Shown: piece by piece, positions 8,659-18,400 of the stretch
Layout of the letters: each line of letters starts with the position of its first letter
Numbering within the stretch: position 1 is the stretch's first letter
Source: Flavobacteriaceae bacterium
Lineage (GTDB): Bacteria; Bacteroidota; Bacteroidia; Flavobacteriales; Flavobacteriaceae
Reading direction: 5' to 3'
Assembly (NCBI GenBank): GCA_965224465.1
Contig: OZ245049.1
Coordinates: 1,740,001-1,772,000 of the forward strand
DNA: 32,000 nucleotides
Notes under the pieces: generated by a model
Told to the model about the DNA's origin: nothing
What the model saw: only the letters and a program-made list of their open reading frames with translations
The model's database searches: none
Translations under genes and position numbers: made by a program

Positions 8659-10431
8659 TTAGTACGATTGATGTTTAATTTTTTCATACAACAAAACCAA
8701 GGACTGTAACAATTCTACTGGAGTCGTTAAAATTTGATAGTGATTTTGACCAAACATTTGAGGTAAATAATATTTTGCAGTAGCTTCAATAGCCAAGGCA
8801 TAGGAATTGATATGACGTTGATTTAATTCACGCAATGCCTGTTTTACATCATTCACTCCATACGCTCCTTCATAGCGATCATAATCATTCGGTTTTCCAT
8901 CCGAAATTAAAATAACCCATTTATTTTTAGTATCCCGCAGGTCTAATTCAGCACCAGAGTGGCGTAAAGCTGCCCCAATGCGTGTATAACCATTGGGTTG
9001 AATAGCACCAATTTTTAATTTAGATTTGTTCCAATCATCGTCAAAGCCCTTTAAGGTAATATAAGATGAGTGGTTTCTTGTTTTAGAATAAAAAGCATTG
9101 ATAGCAAAATCTATATGAAATTCCTCTAGTATTTCACCAAACAAAATAGACACCTCTTTTTCTACATCAATTACACGGTTTCCTGCTGCATACCCATCGC
9201 TAGATAAGCTTACATCCAACAACAGTAAAATAGACATGTTTTTTTCTTTTTTACGTTTAGAAAAATAAATGTTTTCGGAAGGTGTATGTCCTGTTTTCAC
9301 ATCTACAAACAAATCTGTAAGCGCATCCAAATCAAAGGAATCTCCTTGTGACTGCCTCCTAACTTGTTGATATTTATTATTTACAGACGTCAACATTTTC
9401 CGAAGGCCTACTAAGGTTGCACGATTATTTTTTACTGTTTTATGATAATACGCAGCATTTGATAGTAACAATTTTTTGGGATATACCTTACAAAAATCTC
9501 GCTTATAGGTACGCTTAGAATACTCCCACTCGTCATAAGTAATGTGATAGCCTTTTGCATCAGACCCCGCGCTTTCGGACACAGTTGTATTTTCTGCAAA
9601 CTCAGCTTGATAAACAGCATGTGCAGTATCATCTACACGGACCATATATTTCATGTTCAAATCCTGCAAAGCTTCCTGGTGCGCTTCTAATTCGTCATCT
9701 CCATCAAAATCCCGCCAACCTCCATTGTGTTCTTCTACGGTTTCTACCTTTTCAAAACTATGGTTTACTGCAAAATCATCTTGCTTTTTTGTATCTACCG
9801 TTACCAAAATCACTTCTTCCACGGCATTGGCTTTTAAAACAGTTTCTGGTTTATTTGGAATTGCAGTTTTTGTTTTATCATCAAAATTACGCAATACGTT
9901 ACCACAAGTTTCAGCATCATTTCGCATCCATTTGCCATACAAAACGGAAAAATCAGGTGTTTTATTTTTCGGAGTTTTTTGCGCTACTAAATCCACCAGT
10001 TCTGCATGAATCTCTTTACATATTGGAAACTGTTCGAATAAAGACTTTAACACTTCACTTGAACCTTCCACAGCCTTTAATCGAGATGTTTCAATAGCGT
10101 GTTCTAACATTTCACCTGACCAATTCTGCCCCCTATTTTTCTGTTCTGACAAGTATAAAACTCGAAATAAATAAAAGGTGACATTTTTATCATAATTAGA
10201 AAACCCATCAAAATAAGAAGGGAGAAAAAAATTAGAATTCCGATACCCTCCTTCTCTTTCTGCTGGATATATTTGAATAGGTTCCCCAGTAATAGCACAA
10301 GCCAACAAGGTTAATCTAGATTTGATATCCACTAGATTCACACGACACTCCATACTTTCTGCTAAGCTGCGTTTACGGCGGCTTAGAAACTTAACAACCT
10401 TGGTATATAAAAACTCATCTGGTTCAAACAT
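8659..10431 (-). CDS. norD: Nitric oxide reductase activation protein NorD (C-terminal von Willebrand factor A domain)
   Basis: 590 aa. The VWA/MIDAS-like stretch ILLLLDVSLSSDG and later ILISDGKPND match NorD. It follows norQ after 24 nt. Confidence 0.88.
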   Translation of the reverse strand: MFEPDEFLYTKVVKFLSRRKRSLAESMECRVNLVDIKSRLTLLACAITGEPIQIYPAEREGGYRNSNFFLPSYFDGFSNYDKNVTFYLFRVLYLSEQKNRGQNWSGEMLEHAIETSRLKAVEGSSEVLKSLFEQFPICKEIHAELVDLVAQKTPKNKTPDFSVLYGKWMRNDAETCGNVLRNFDDKTKTAIPNKPETVLKANAVEEVILVTVDTKKQDDFAVNHSFEKVETVEEHNGGWRDFDGDDELEAHQEALQDLNMKYMVRVDDTAHAVYQAEFAENTTVSESAGSDAKGYHITYDEWEYSKRTYKRDFCKVYPKKLLLSNAAYYHKTVKNNRATLVGLRKMLTSVNNKYQQVRRQSQGDSFDLDALTDLFVDVKTGHTPSENIYFSKRKKEKNMSILLLLDVSLSSDGYAAGNRVIDVEKEVSILFGEILEEFHIDFAINAFYSKTRNHSSYITLKGFDDDWNKSKLKIGAIQPNGYTRIGAALRHSGAELDLRDTKNKWVILISDGKPNDYDRYEGAYGVNDVKQALRELNQRHINSYALAIEATAKYYLPQMFGQNHYQILTTPVELLQSLVLLYEKIKHQSY

Positions 10432-10455
10432 CTCCGTATTTTTTATCCGATAATA

Positions 10456-11235
10456 CTATATCATCAAGTTGCATAAATCCTTTAAGGCATCAATGGTTTC
10501 TAGATCGTCTGTTAAGGGCTCTACAACTGCTACTGCAACGGACAAACGTTTAGGCAATCCAGATTTAATTAACTTTGCGGCATCTACTAACAAGCGTGTA
10601 GAAACAGTTTCTGCCAAGCCTAGCTCTGTAAGGTTGCGTACTTTAGTTCCAATATTTACAAGTTGTTTTGCTATTCCTAGTTCTACACCCGTTTCGTTCA
10701 CTAAAATTTCTACCTCAGATTTCGCGTCAGGATATTTAAAAGACATGGCTGTAAAACGTTGCCTTGTAGAAGGCTTTAGTTCTTTAAACCCTCGCTGATA
10801 CCCTGGATTAAAGGATGCAACCAAGGCAAAATCTTTATGAGCTTTCACTGTTTCACCTGTTTTATCGATAAACAATTCACGCCGATGATCGGTTAACGAA
10901 TGTACTGCGACAATTACATCAGGTCTTGCCTCTGCAATTTCGTCTAGGTAAATAATTGCACCATTTTTAACAGCGGTTGTTAGTGGTCCATCCATCCAAA
11001 TGGTTTCTGCTCCTTTAATTATATAGCGGCCGATTAAATCTGTAGAAGAGGTTTCTTCGTGACAAGAAATGGTAATTAATTCCTTTCCTAATTTATGCGC
11101 CATAAATTCGATAAAACGAGACTTTCCAGTTCCGGTAGGACCTTTAATTAAAAAAGGAATTTTGTTTTGATACGCATGCTCAAAAACTTCAATTTCTTTC
11201 CCAACTGCTTTGTAATAAGGGATGTGATCATTCAT
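10456..11235 (-). CDS. norQ: NorQ/CbbQ-family MoxR-type AAA+ ATPase
   Basis: 259 aa. Walker A is GPTGTGKS and Walker B is IIYLDEI. Length and layout match CbbQ/NirQ/NorQ, and it sits between norB and norD. Confidence 0.9.
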   Translation of the reverse strand: MNDHIPYYKAVGKEIEVFEHAYQNKIPFLIKGPTGTGKSRFIEFMAHKLGKELITISCHEETSSTDLIGRYIIKGAETIWMDGPLTTAVKNGAIIYLDEIAEARPDVIVAVHSLTDHRRELFIDKTGETVKAHKDFALVASFNPGYQRGFKELKPSTRQRFTAMSFKYPDAKSEVEILVNETGVELGIAKQLVNIGTKVRNLTELGLAETVSTRLLVDAAKLIKSGLPKRLSVAVAVVEPLTDDLETIDALKDLCNLMI

Positions 11236-11256
11236 AAATAAAACTAATTAAAAACA

Positions 11257-11298
11257 AACAGGACCTCATAGTAAACCCATCCACCATAAAGTCCTGTT
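11257..11298 (-). other. Intra-operon hairpin between norB and norQ (possible partial terminator or mRNA processing/stability element)
   Basis: The 8-bp stem aacaggac / gtcctgtt encloses a 26-nt loop. On the minus strand tgttttt follows. Confidence 0.3.
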
Positions 11299-11321
11299 AT
11301 CAATCTAAAAAAACTACATTA

Positions 11322-12668
11322 TTATTCTTCTAAAGCTTCATCGGTAGGTGTACCGTGTTTGATAAAATCAATTACAAACGCTACAATTCCAACGGTAAAC
11401 ATGGTAGCACAAAGTAATAAGATTATAAAGTGTACTTGTATTTCTTCTTGTACTTGCATAAAGCTCATTTCAAGACCTTTCTCTGGTAGAATTCTTTCTA
11501 AATATACTTGTGCAACACCTGCTACACCAAAAGCAACAGTCATCCCAATCATTCCAATATTAGACACCCAGAATGCCATCCTTCCACGAACACCATCATA
11601 TAATTTACGACCAGTCATGTTTGGCAATGAATAACTTATAATTGCAAAAATAATCATCGCATAAGCCCCCCAAAATGCTAGATGAGCATGCATGGCAGTA
11701 ACTAAAGTACCATGTGTGTACAAATTGGTTTGTGGTAATGTATGAGCAAACCCTAACAAACCTGCACCTACAAAAGAAACAATAGAAGCTCCTAAAGTCC
11801 AATACAATGCCAATTTATTTGCGTGTTTTTTCTCTCCTTTTCTGTACATATTAACAGCAAACAATGCCATTGCTAAAAAGGCTAAAGGTTCCAATGCAGA
11901 GAATATCCCGCCTACAATTAACCAAATTTTATTAACACCAATATAATAATAGTGATGTCCTGTGCCTAACACACCAGACAAGAAAGTCAATCCTACGATT
12001 ACATACAACCATTTTTCGATCACCTCTCTATCTACCCCAGTTAACTTAATTAATAAGAACGATAATATTCCACCCATAATTAATTCCCAAACACCTTCTA
12101 CCCATAAATGAACTACCCACCATCTAAAAAAAGAATCCAACACTTGACTATCAAAAGGAATCATCCCAGGTAAATACAGTAAAGCTGTAAACACAAGTCC
12201 CATTGTTAATACTAAGGAAGTGGTTGTTTGGCGTTTCCCTTTAAACAACGTTGCTAAAATTAAGTATAGAAATAGCAATACGTTTACAACTACCAAATAA
12301 TCCAACTGTCTTGGTATTTCTAAAAATTTACGTCCTTCCCATATATTAAAGTGAAAACCAATAACAGCAACGACTCCAACAACTGCCAAACTAACAAGCT
12401 GAACATACGCCAATTTAACACTCACCAATTCACGTTGTGCCTCTTCAGGAATAATATAATACGCTGCTCCCATAAACCCAGACAACATCCAAACCACCAA
12501 TAAATTTGTATGTACTGCACGGGCAGTATTAAAAGGAATAAACTCGTGTAAAGGATCAAAACCTGCTCTTGCGAATCCCATAATGAATCCGTACACTATT
12601 TGTAACATTAATAAGAGTAGCGATAAAGCAAAAAACCAATAAGCTACTTTTTGTGATTTATATTTCAT
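11322..12668 (-). CDS. norB: Nitric oxide reductase large subunit NorB (cNOR, heme-copper oxidase superfamily)
   Basis: 448 aa with about 12 hydrophobic helices. Conserved His-containing helices are present (AVHTNLLVVW, VVHLWVEG, GTGHHYYY, AMHAHLAFWG), as in cNOR NorB. Confidence 0.93.
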   Translation of the reverse strand: MKYKSQKVAYWFFALSLLLLMLQIVYGFIMGFARAGFDPLHEFIPFNTARAVHTNLLVVWMLSGFMGAAYYIIPEEAQRELVSVKLAYVQLVSLAVVGVVAVIGFHFNIWEGRKFLEIPRQLDYLVVVNVLLFLYLILATLFKGKRQTTTSLVLTMGLVFTALLYLPGMIPFDSQVLDSFFRWWVVHLWVEGVWELIMGGILSFLLIKLTGVDREVIEKWLYVIVGLTFLSGVLGTGHHYYYIGVNKIWLIVGGIFSALEPLAFLAMALFAVNMYRKGEKKHANKLALYWTLGASIVSFVGAGLLGFAHTLPQTNLYTHGTLVTAMHAHLAFWGAYAMIIFAIISYSLPNMTGRKLYDGVRGRMAFWVSNIGMIGMTVAFGVAGVAQVYLERILPEKGLEMSFMQVQEEIQVHFIILLLCATMFTVGIVAFVIDFIKHGTPTDEALEE

Positions 12669-12745
12669 GTTGTATGTTTTTGATACGAAACCTAAAAACC
12701 ATAAACTCCATCAGGAATTTTACTGGCATGATAAAACAATTAGAT

Positions 12746-13198
12746 TTAGAGAGATTTGTTAGTTACTGCTTTACGTTTTGCTAGAGGAGACACAATTCTA
12801 TCAAACCCATTGAGGTCTATTTTACCGATCCATTCAAAAAAAGCAACCATGTCATTTGCTTCTTGTTCACTCATATTATAAGCAACCATTTTACGACCAC
12901 TAGGTTGCCAAGGTACAGGAGACATTAAAGCCGCCTTTATATACCCAGCACCTCTTCTATCAATAACTTTTGTTAATTCTGGAGCATAATAAGCACCTTC
13001 TCCTAATAACGTATGGCATCCCATACAGTTATTTTTTTCCCATAATTCCTTTCCTCGCACGACTTCTGCTGTCAAGTTCTCCTGGTTGGATTGGTCGTTT
13101 GCACTTGAAAGTGAAAAAATTGTCAAGCCTATAAACACTAGGAATGTGACAAAAGTACCGCCCAAAAAAAAGTTTCTTGCTTGTTTTTTAGATAACAT
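12746..13198 (-). CDS. norC: Nitric oxide reductase cytochrome c subunit NorC
   Basis: 150 aa with an N-terminal membrane anchor and a single heme c motif CMGCH. It lies immediately upstream of norB. Confidence 0.88.
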   Translation of the reverse strand: MLSKKQARNFFLGGTFVTFLVFIGLTIFSLSSANDQSNQENLTAEVVRGKELWEKNNCMGCHTLLGEGAYYAPELTKVIDRRGAGYIKAALMSPVPWQPSGRKMVAYNMSEQEANDMVAFFEWIGKIDLNGFDRIVSPLAKRKAVTNKSL

Positions 13199-13261
13199 AC
13201 TTTAAGAGTTTGTATTGATTCATAATAAATAAATAAAGACCTTTTTATCTTTTACTAGACA

Positions 13262-13269
13262 CAAATATA
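13262..13269 (-). promoter_or_regulatory. Candidate -7 promoter box (TATATTTG on minus strand) for norCBQD
   Basis: The plus strand reads caaatata. It lies 64 nt upstream of the norC ATG and just downstream of the Rrf2 terminator. Confidence 0.4.
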
Positions 13270-13285
13270 CACTATAAAGCAAAAA

Positions 13286-13311
13286 AAAAGCATGATAGAA
13301 ATCATGCTTTT
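13286..13311 (-). terminator. Rho-independent terminator of the Rrf2 regulator gene
   Basis: The stem aaaagcatgat / atcatgctttt has a 4-nt loop agaa. A run of about 9 T follows on the minus strand, 23 nt after the Rrf2 stop. Confidence 0.8.
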
Positions 13312-13333
13312 AAATATTTTTACTTTGATGTAC

Positions 13334-13786
13334 TTATTTCCGACCTTCCAAACCGCTCAGAAACAAGACACTCCCTTGGGCTTCTACTTCATCCGCAAAC
13401 TCTTTGATTGTTTGATCTCGAAATTTACCGAAGATTTTCTTTTTAAATGGTTCTACAATAAAATGAACAGGACATGGATTATCACCGTCACATTTAGACA
13501 AACCTAAAAAGCAATCGTCTAATTTATTTGTTCCATCTATCTCCTCAATAATATCACATACTGTTTTATGTTCATTTTCTTCTGTTAAGAAAAAACCCCC
13601 ATTAGGTCCTTTGGTAGATGATATAATATTACATTTTACCAACTGCTGAAATAGTTTTGCCAAAAAAGGACTTGGTACATTGATACTACTTGCAATAACC
13701 TTTACGCTCATTTTCTTTTCTTTGGTTGCGTGTTCTGCCAGATATAAGGTAGATAAAATGGCGTATTTACTCGCTCTTGACAACAT
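13334..13786 (-). CDS. Rrf2-family transcriptional regulator with three-Cys cluster-binding motif (NsrR-like candidate NO sensor)
   Basis: The N-terminal winged-helix signature is MLSRASKYAILSTLYLA. The Cys triad is CFLGLSKCDGDNPC (C-x6-C-x5-C). It lies directly upstream of the nor operon. Confidence 0.85.
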   Translation of the reverse strand: MLSRASKYAILSTLYLAEHATKEKKMSVKVIASSINVPSPFLAKLFQQLVKCNIISSTKGPNGGFFLTEENEHKTVCDIIEEIDGTNKLDDCFLGLSKCDGDNPCPVHFIVEPFKKKIFGKFRDQTIKEFADEVEAQGSVLFLSGLEGRK

Positions 13787-13816
13787 AATTCAATGTATTT
13801 ATAATTTGTTTCTAGG

Positions 13817-13824
13817 CAAAATTA
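13817..13824 (-). promoter_or_regulatory. Candidate -7 promoter box (TAATTTTG on minus strand) for the Rrf2 gene
   Basis: The plus strand reads caaaatta. It lies 31 nt upstream of the Rrf2 ATG (13786), between the tnaA stop and the Rrf2 start. Confidence 0.4.
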
Positions 13825-13845
13825 CAAAAAAAAGATAATTTAGTA

Positions 13846-15222
13846 TTATATTTTCTCAAATTTCACTGTAAAGTGCCTCATAATCGGAGCTTCTTCGACA
13901 ATAGTAAAGCCATGTTTAGCTTGATCTCTTGTATCGTAAATATTTTTTAAGGTTGCTGCAATAAAATCCATGTGATTATTTGTATAGGTACGCCTAGGAA
14001 TTGCCAAACGCACTAATTCCAATTCTGGATATCTATTTTCTCTAGTATCTGGATCACGATCTGCCAATACAGTCCCTATTTCGACGCCTCTTATTCCCCC
14101 TACTACATATATTTCTATAGCCAATGCCTGTCCACGAAATTCGTTCCTAGCAATATTAGGTACAAATTTATTCGCATCTAAAAATATGGCATGTCCTCCA
14201 ATAGGTTGTTGCACTGGAACACCGTATTCCATTAATTTATTTCCTAAATACGCTACTTGTTCCACCCTACTTTCAAGGTAATTAAATTCTGTACTTTCGT
14301 CCAAGCCTACGGCTAAAGCCCCCATATCGCGACCACTCATACCTCCATAGGTAATAAAACCTTCAAACATAATATTAAAAACGGTTGCCTGCTTAAAAAT
14401 AGTTTTATTGTTTAGTGCTATAAAACCGCCCATGTTTACCAAGCCATCTTTTTTCGCGCTCATTGTCATTCCATCACCATAAGAAAACATCTCTTTAACA
14501 ATTTTTTTGATGCTAACATCTTGATATCCTGACTCTCTTTTCTTAATAAAATAAGCATTTTCAGAAAACCGAGCGGCATCAAAATACAATGGAACATGAT
14601 ACTTCTTACACAAATCACTCACCTCTTTAATGTTTTTCATAGAGGCTGGCTGCCCACCGGCACTATTACAGGTAATGGTAAATACAAGAAAGGGGATTTT
14701 CTTAATAGGATAACTCGTAAACACCTTTTCTAATTTCAACAAATCAATATTACCTTTAAAAGGATGCTGTACAGCAGTATCAAAAGCTTCGTCAATCGTA
14801 CAATCTACAGCTGTTGCTTTTCTAAATTCGATATGCCCTTTTGTGGTATCAAAATGAGAGTTTCCTGGCACCACATCACCTTCTTTTACCAAGACAGAAA
14901 ACAATACATTTTCTGCTGCACGTCCTTGATGTGTGGGCAAAAAATAGGTAAATCCGGTAATATTTCTTACTGTTTTTTTAAGTTCTAAAAACGATCTAGA
15001 ACCCGCATAACTCTCGTCACCAACCATCATTGCTGCCCATTGTTTATCACTCATTGCGCCCGTTCCAGAATCGGTCAAGCAATCGATAAACACCTTATCA
15101 GCATCAAGGTTAAACAAATTATAATGGGCCTTTTTAATCCATTTTAAACGTTGTTCTTGAGTAGATCTCTTAATAGATTCTACCATTTTTATTTTATACG
15201 GTTCAGCGTATGGTAATTCCAT
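13846..15222 (-). CDS. tnaA: Tryptophanase (tryptophan indole-lyase, PLP-dependent beta-eliminating lyase)
   Basis: 458 aa. The motifs DSGTGA, HFDTTKGH, TITCNSAGGQP, MSAKKD (PLP lysine) and GIRGVEIG match E. coli TnaA. They differ from tyrosine phenol-lyase (DSGTNA, AVTVNLAGGQP, MSGKKD). Confidence 0.87.
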   Translation of the reverse strand: MELPYAEPYKIKMVESIKRSTQEQRLKWIKKAHYNLFNLDADKVFIDCLTDSGTGAMSDKQWAAMMVGDESYAGSRSFLELKKTVRNITGFTYFLPTHQGRAAENVLFSVLVKEGDVVPGNSHFDTTKGHIEFRKATAVDCTIDEAFDTAVQHPFKGNIDLLKLEKVFTSYPIKKIPFLVFTITCNSAGGQPASMKNIKEVSDLCKKYHVPLYFDAARFSENAYFIKKRESGYQDVSIKKIVKEMFSYGDGMTMSAKKDGLVNMGGFIALNNKTIFKQATVFNIMFEGFITYGGMSGRDMGALAVGLDESTEFNYLESRVEQVAYLGNKLMEYGVPVQQPIGGHAIFLDANKFVPNIARNEFRGQALAIEIYVVGGIRGVEIGTVLADRDPDTRENRYPELELVRLAIPRRTYTNNHMDFIAATLKNIYDTRDQAKHGFTIVEEAPIMRHFTVKFEKI

Positions 15223-15447
15223 ATTGAAAAAATTTAATGAGTAACTAAAAAAGTTTAAAAAATATCCACAGGGTGGAAAGAAAAATTAAGAAGCATAAAC
15301 CTCTGGACGCTTAATATTTAAGCATACATCAGTAAAAACACTATTGAAAAAGAAAATATTCATTCTTAATAAAATTAATATTCAAATATAGGAAAATATT
15401 AACAGATATAATACAACAAACCTAATTAAAGATCTTTCAATAATCAG

Positions 15448-15455
15448 TATCTTTG
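15448..15455 (+). promoter_or_regulatory. Candidate -7 promoter box (TATCTTTG) for ccsBA
   Basis: It lies 29 nt upstream of the ATG at 15484. Confidence 0.45.
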
Positions 15456-15483
15456 CCGATAAAATTTACCTTAACAAACAAAG

Positions 15484-18400
15484 ATGAACAAAATACTAAA
15501 TCAATTATTCTCAACCCGTTTAATGGCGGTGTTGTTTTTAGTTTTTGCAATAGCCATGGGCGTTGCCACTTTTATAGAAAATGACTACGGCACAGAAACC
15601 GCAAGAGCCCTTGTCTATAGTGCTTGGTGGTTTGAGCTCATCATGGTATTTATGGCTCTCAATTTTTTCGGAAATATTTTTAAATACAAATTGTATAAAA
15701 AAGGAAAATGGGTAGTACTTGCCTTCCATTTATCATTTGTATTAATCATAATAGGCGCTGGAATAACAAGATATATCAGTTTTGAAGGGATTATGCCTAT
15801 AAAAGAAGGACAAACTGCAAGTGCATTTCTTTCTGAAAAAACCTATATAGGCATCACTGTAGATGATGGTACCGATCAAAAGACACCACATTACGATAAG
15901 ATCCTCTTAAGTTCTATTGGAACCAATAATTACAAATACAGCAGTGATTTTAAAGGAAAAGATTTTGCTGTAAAACTAAAGAAATTCGTTCCAAACTTTC
16001 AGGAATCTTTTGAACTGGATCAAGATGGAGACACGTATTTAAAATTTGTAGAATCAAGTTCAGGAGGGCGTCACGATCATTATATCAAACAAGGAACTTC
16101 TCAATCAATTCATGGTTTAACTGTAGGTTTTGACACTGATGTTAAAAATGCAATCAACTTTAAAACGGTAGACGGCAGTTTAAAAATAAACACTGTTTTT
16201 GATGGTACCTACTATCGCATGGCAGATCAATACAACGGAATTATTTTAAAAGACAGTCTCCAAGATTTCTCTTTGTTATCCTTGTATAAATTAGGAAACA
16301 GCAACTTCGTAGTTCCTTCAAACGCTGTTAACGGCCGTTATATTGAAAAAAGCGCAGAAGATCGCACCCGTTTTCCAGCCCATCAATTAACGTTTGACAT
16401 TACGGTTGGAGAAAAAACAGAAACAATCAACGTAAAAGGAGCTCAATACACCACCTATGCTCCAATCCAAATAAATATAAATGGGCTCAACTTCCGAATC
16501 ACATACGGATCCAAACAATTAAAGCTCCCATTTAGCATCAAATTAAAAGATTTTCAATTAGAAAAATACCCTGGATCTACAAGTCCCATGTCTTTTGCTA
16601 GTGAAATCACAGTTATAGCCCCTACAGAAACCTTTGATTTTAGAATTTTTATGAACAATATTTTAAACTATCGTGGCTATAAATTTTTTCAAGCAAGTTA
16701 TGAAATAACGGAACAATACGAAGAAACACGCCTGTCTGTAAATCATGATTTTTGGGGTACCTTAATCTCTTATATCGGATATTTTATATTGTACGGAGCA
16801 ATTGTACTTACATTATTTATGAGAACCACTAGATTTGGTAGTTTACGCACTCAATTGCGCAAAATTAAATCAGTAAAAAACGTAGGTGTTATAGCTATTA
16901 TGTTATTTGCATCCACAACATCTTTTGCTCAAAACCACAATGCACACAGCATGACGGATCAACAAATAGATTCTGCATTAAATGTGACTATGGTTTCCAA
17001 AGAACATGCTGCTAAATTTAGCAAGCTCGTAATTCAAGATGGAGGAGGACGTATGAAACCTATCCATACTTTTGCATCACAACTTTTGAGAAAAGTAAGT
17101 AAAAACGAAGAATTCAGAGGCTATAATGCAAGTCAAGTGTTTTTATCAATCACTAAAAACCCTCGAATTTGGTTTCAAGTACCTATTATATACATCAAAA
17201 AAGAGAACACAAAACTTAGAGAAATAATTGGGATTCCTAAAGAAGCAAAATACGCTCCATTGGCGAGCTTTTTTGATGATAAAGGAGGCTATAAATTAAT
17301 CAGTTACCAAGAAGAAGCTGTAAAGAAAAAAATAAAAAGCAAGTTTGAGGAAAGTGTCATAAATGTAGACAGACGTTTAAACTTACTCTATTCTGCAATT
17401 ACGGGAAGAATCTTACGAATCTACCCTTTACCAAACAATCCAGAGAACAAATGGATCACGCAAATGGAACTACGAAAAGATAGTTACCCTGCTGATATTT
17501 TAGACAAAGTAAACAAAATGATGCCTGTCTATTTAGGTACTTTGGACCAAGCGGTAATTTCTAACAATTACGAACAATCGGATGCTATAATTGAAGGTAT
17601 CCGTAATTTTCAGAAAAAATACGGAGCTCAAGTAATCCCTTCAGACAAAAATATAGATTTAGAAATAAGCTATAACAAATACGATGTTTTCAAAAAACTA
17701 TACACGTATTACATGTACATTGGAGTCTTATTGTTCTTCTTGGTGATATTCCAAATTTTCAAGGAAAACAAAATAACGCACATCCTTATCAAAATATGTA
17801 TTGCTATTATTATTGGCTGCTTTTTAATGCACACAGGAGGGTTGATTGCCCGCTGGATGATAAGTGGTCACGCTCCGTGGAGTAATGCCTATGAAAGCAT
17901 GATTTATGTAGGATGGGCAACCATGTTGTTTGGATTGATATTTGGACGCAAGTCTTCTTTAACACTTGGAGCCACTGCATTTTTAACTTCATTTATTCTA
18001 ATGATTGCACATTGGAACTGGATGGATCCCGAAATTGCCAACTTACAACCTGTTTTAAATTCTTACTGGTTAATGGTACATGTTGCCATTATTGTAGCGA
18101 GCTACGGTCCTTTAGCTTTAGGGATGATCTTAGGATTAATATCCTTAATTTTAATGATATTAACCACTGAAAACAACAAAAAACGCGTTGGTTTAATGAT
18201 CAAAGAATTGACCATTATCACCGAAATGACCTTAACAGTAGGCCTTATCTTACTCGCAATAGGAAACTTCCTAGGAGGCCAATGGGCCAATGAGAGTTGG
18301 GGACGATATTGGGGATGGGATCCTAAGGAAACATGGGCATTAATCACCATTATGATTTACGCTTTTATTTTACATTTACGCTTAGTCCCAGGACTTAGAG

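Noticed and set aside
9555-10097. The 180-aa and 118-aa plus-strand ORFs inside norD. Similar internal antisense ORFs appear in the track, e.g. 200..400, 4441..4719, 5101..5406, 10469..10798, 11359..11634, 17913..18170, 21666..21992, 25566..25952, 27968..28354, 29541..29864 and 30965..31383.
   Set aside because: Each lies wholly within, and antisense or out of frame to, a longer ORF whose translation has clear family motifs. Their translations are low-complexity with no recognisable motifs. I treat them as shadow ORFs.
8659-11235. A MoxR-type AAA+ ATPase plus VWA protein pair as a stand-alone novel (for example defence-like) system.
   Set aside because: The pair sits immediately downstream of norC-norB and matches NorQ and NorD in size and motifs. 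The known cNOR maturation role explains it.
13212-13228. An FNR/DNR/NnrR box upstream of norC (TTGATTCATAATAA).
   Set aside because: Only the left half-site TTGAT is present. The right half reads AATAA instead of ATCAA.
5797-13786. The nor module as a recently acquired genomic island, because it looks G+C-richer than its neighbours.
   Set aside because: Hand counts of a few lines gave about 40-47% in norQ versus about 23% in the OmpA-family gene, but also about 38% in gyrB. The difference therefore tracks protein conservation. There is no flanking tRNA, integrase, IS or direct repeat. A proper compositional analysis was not run.
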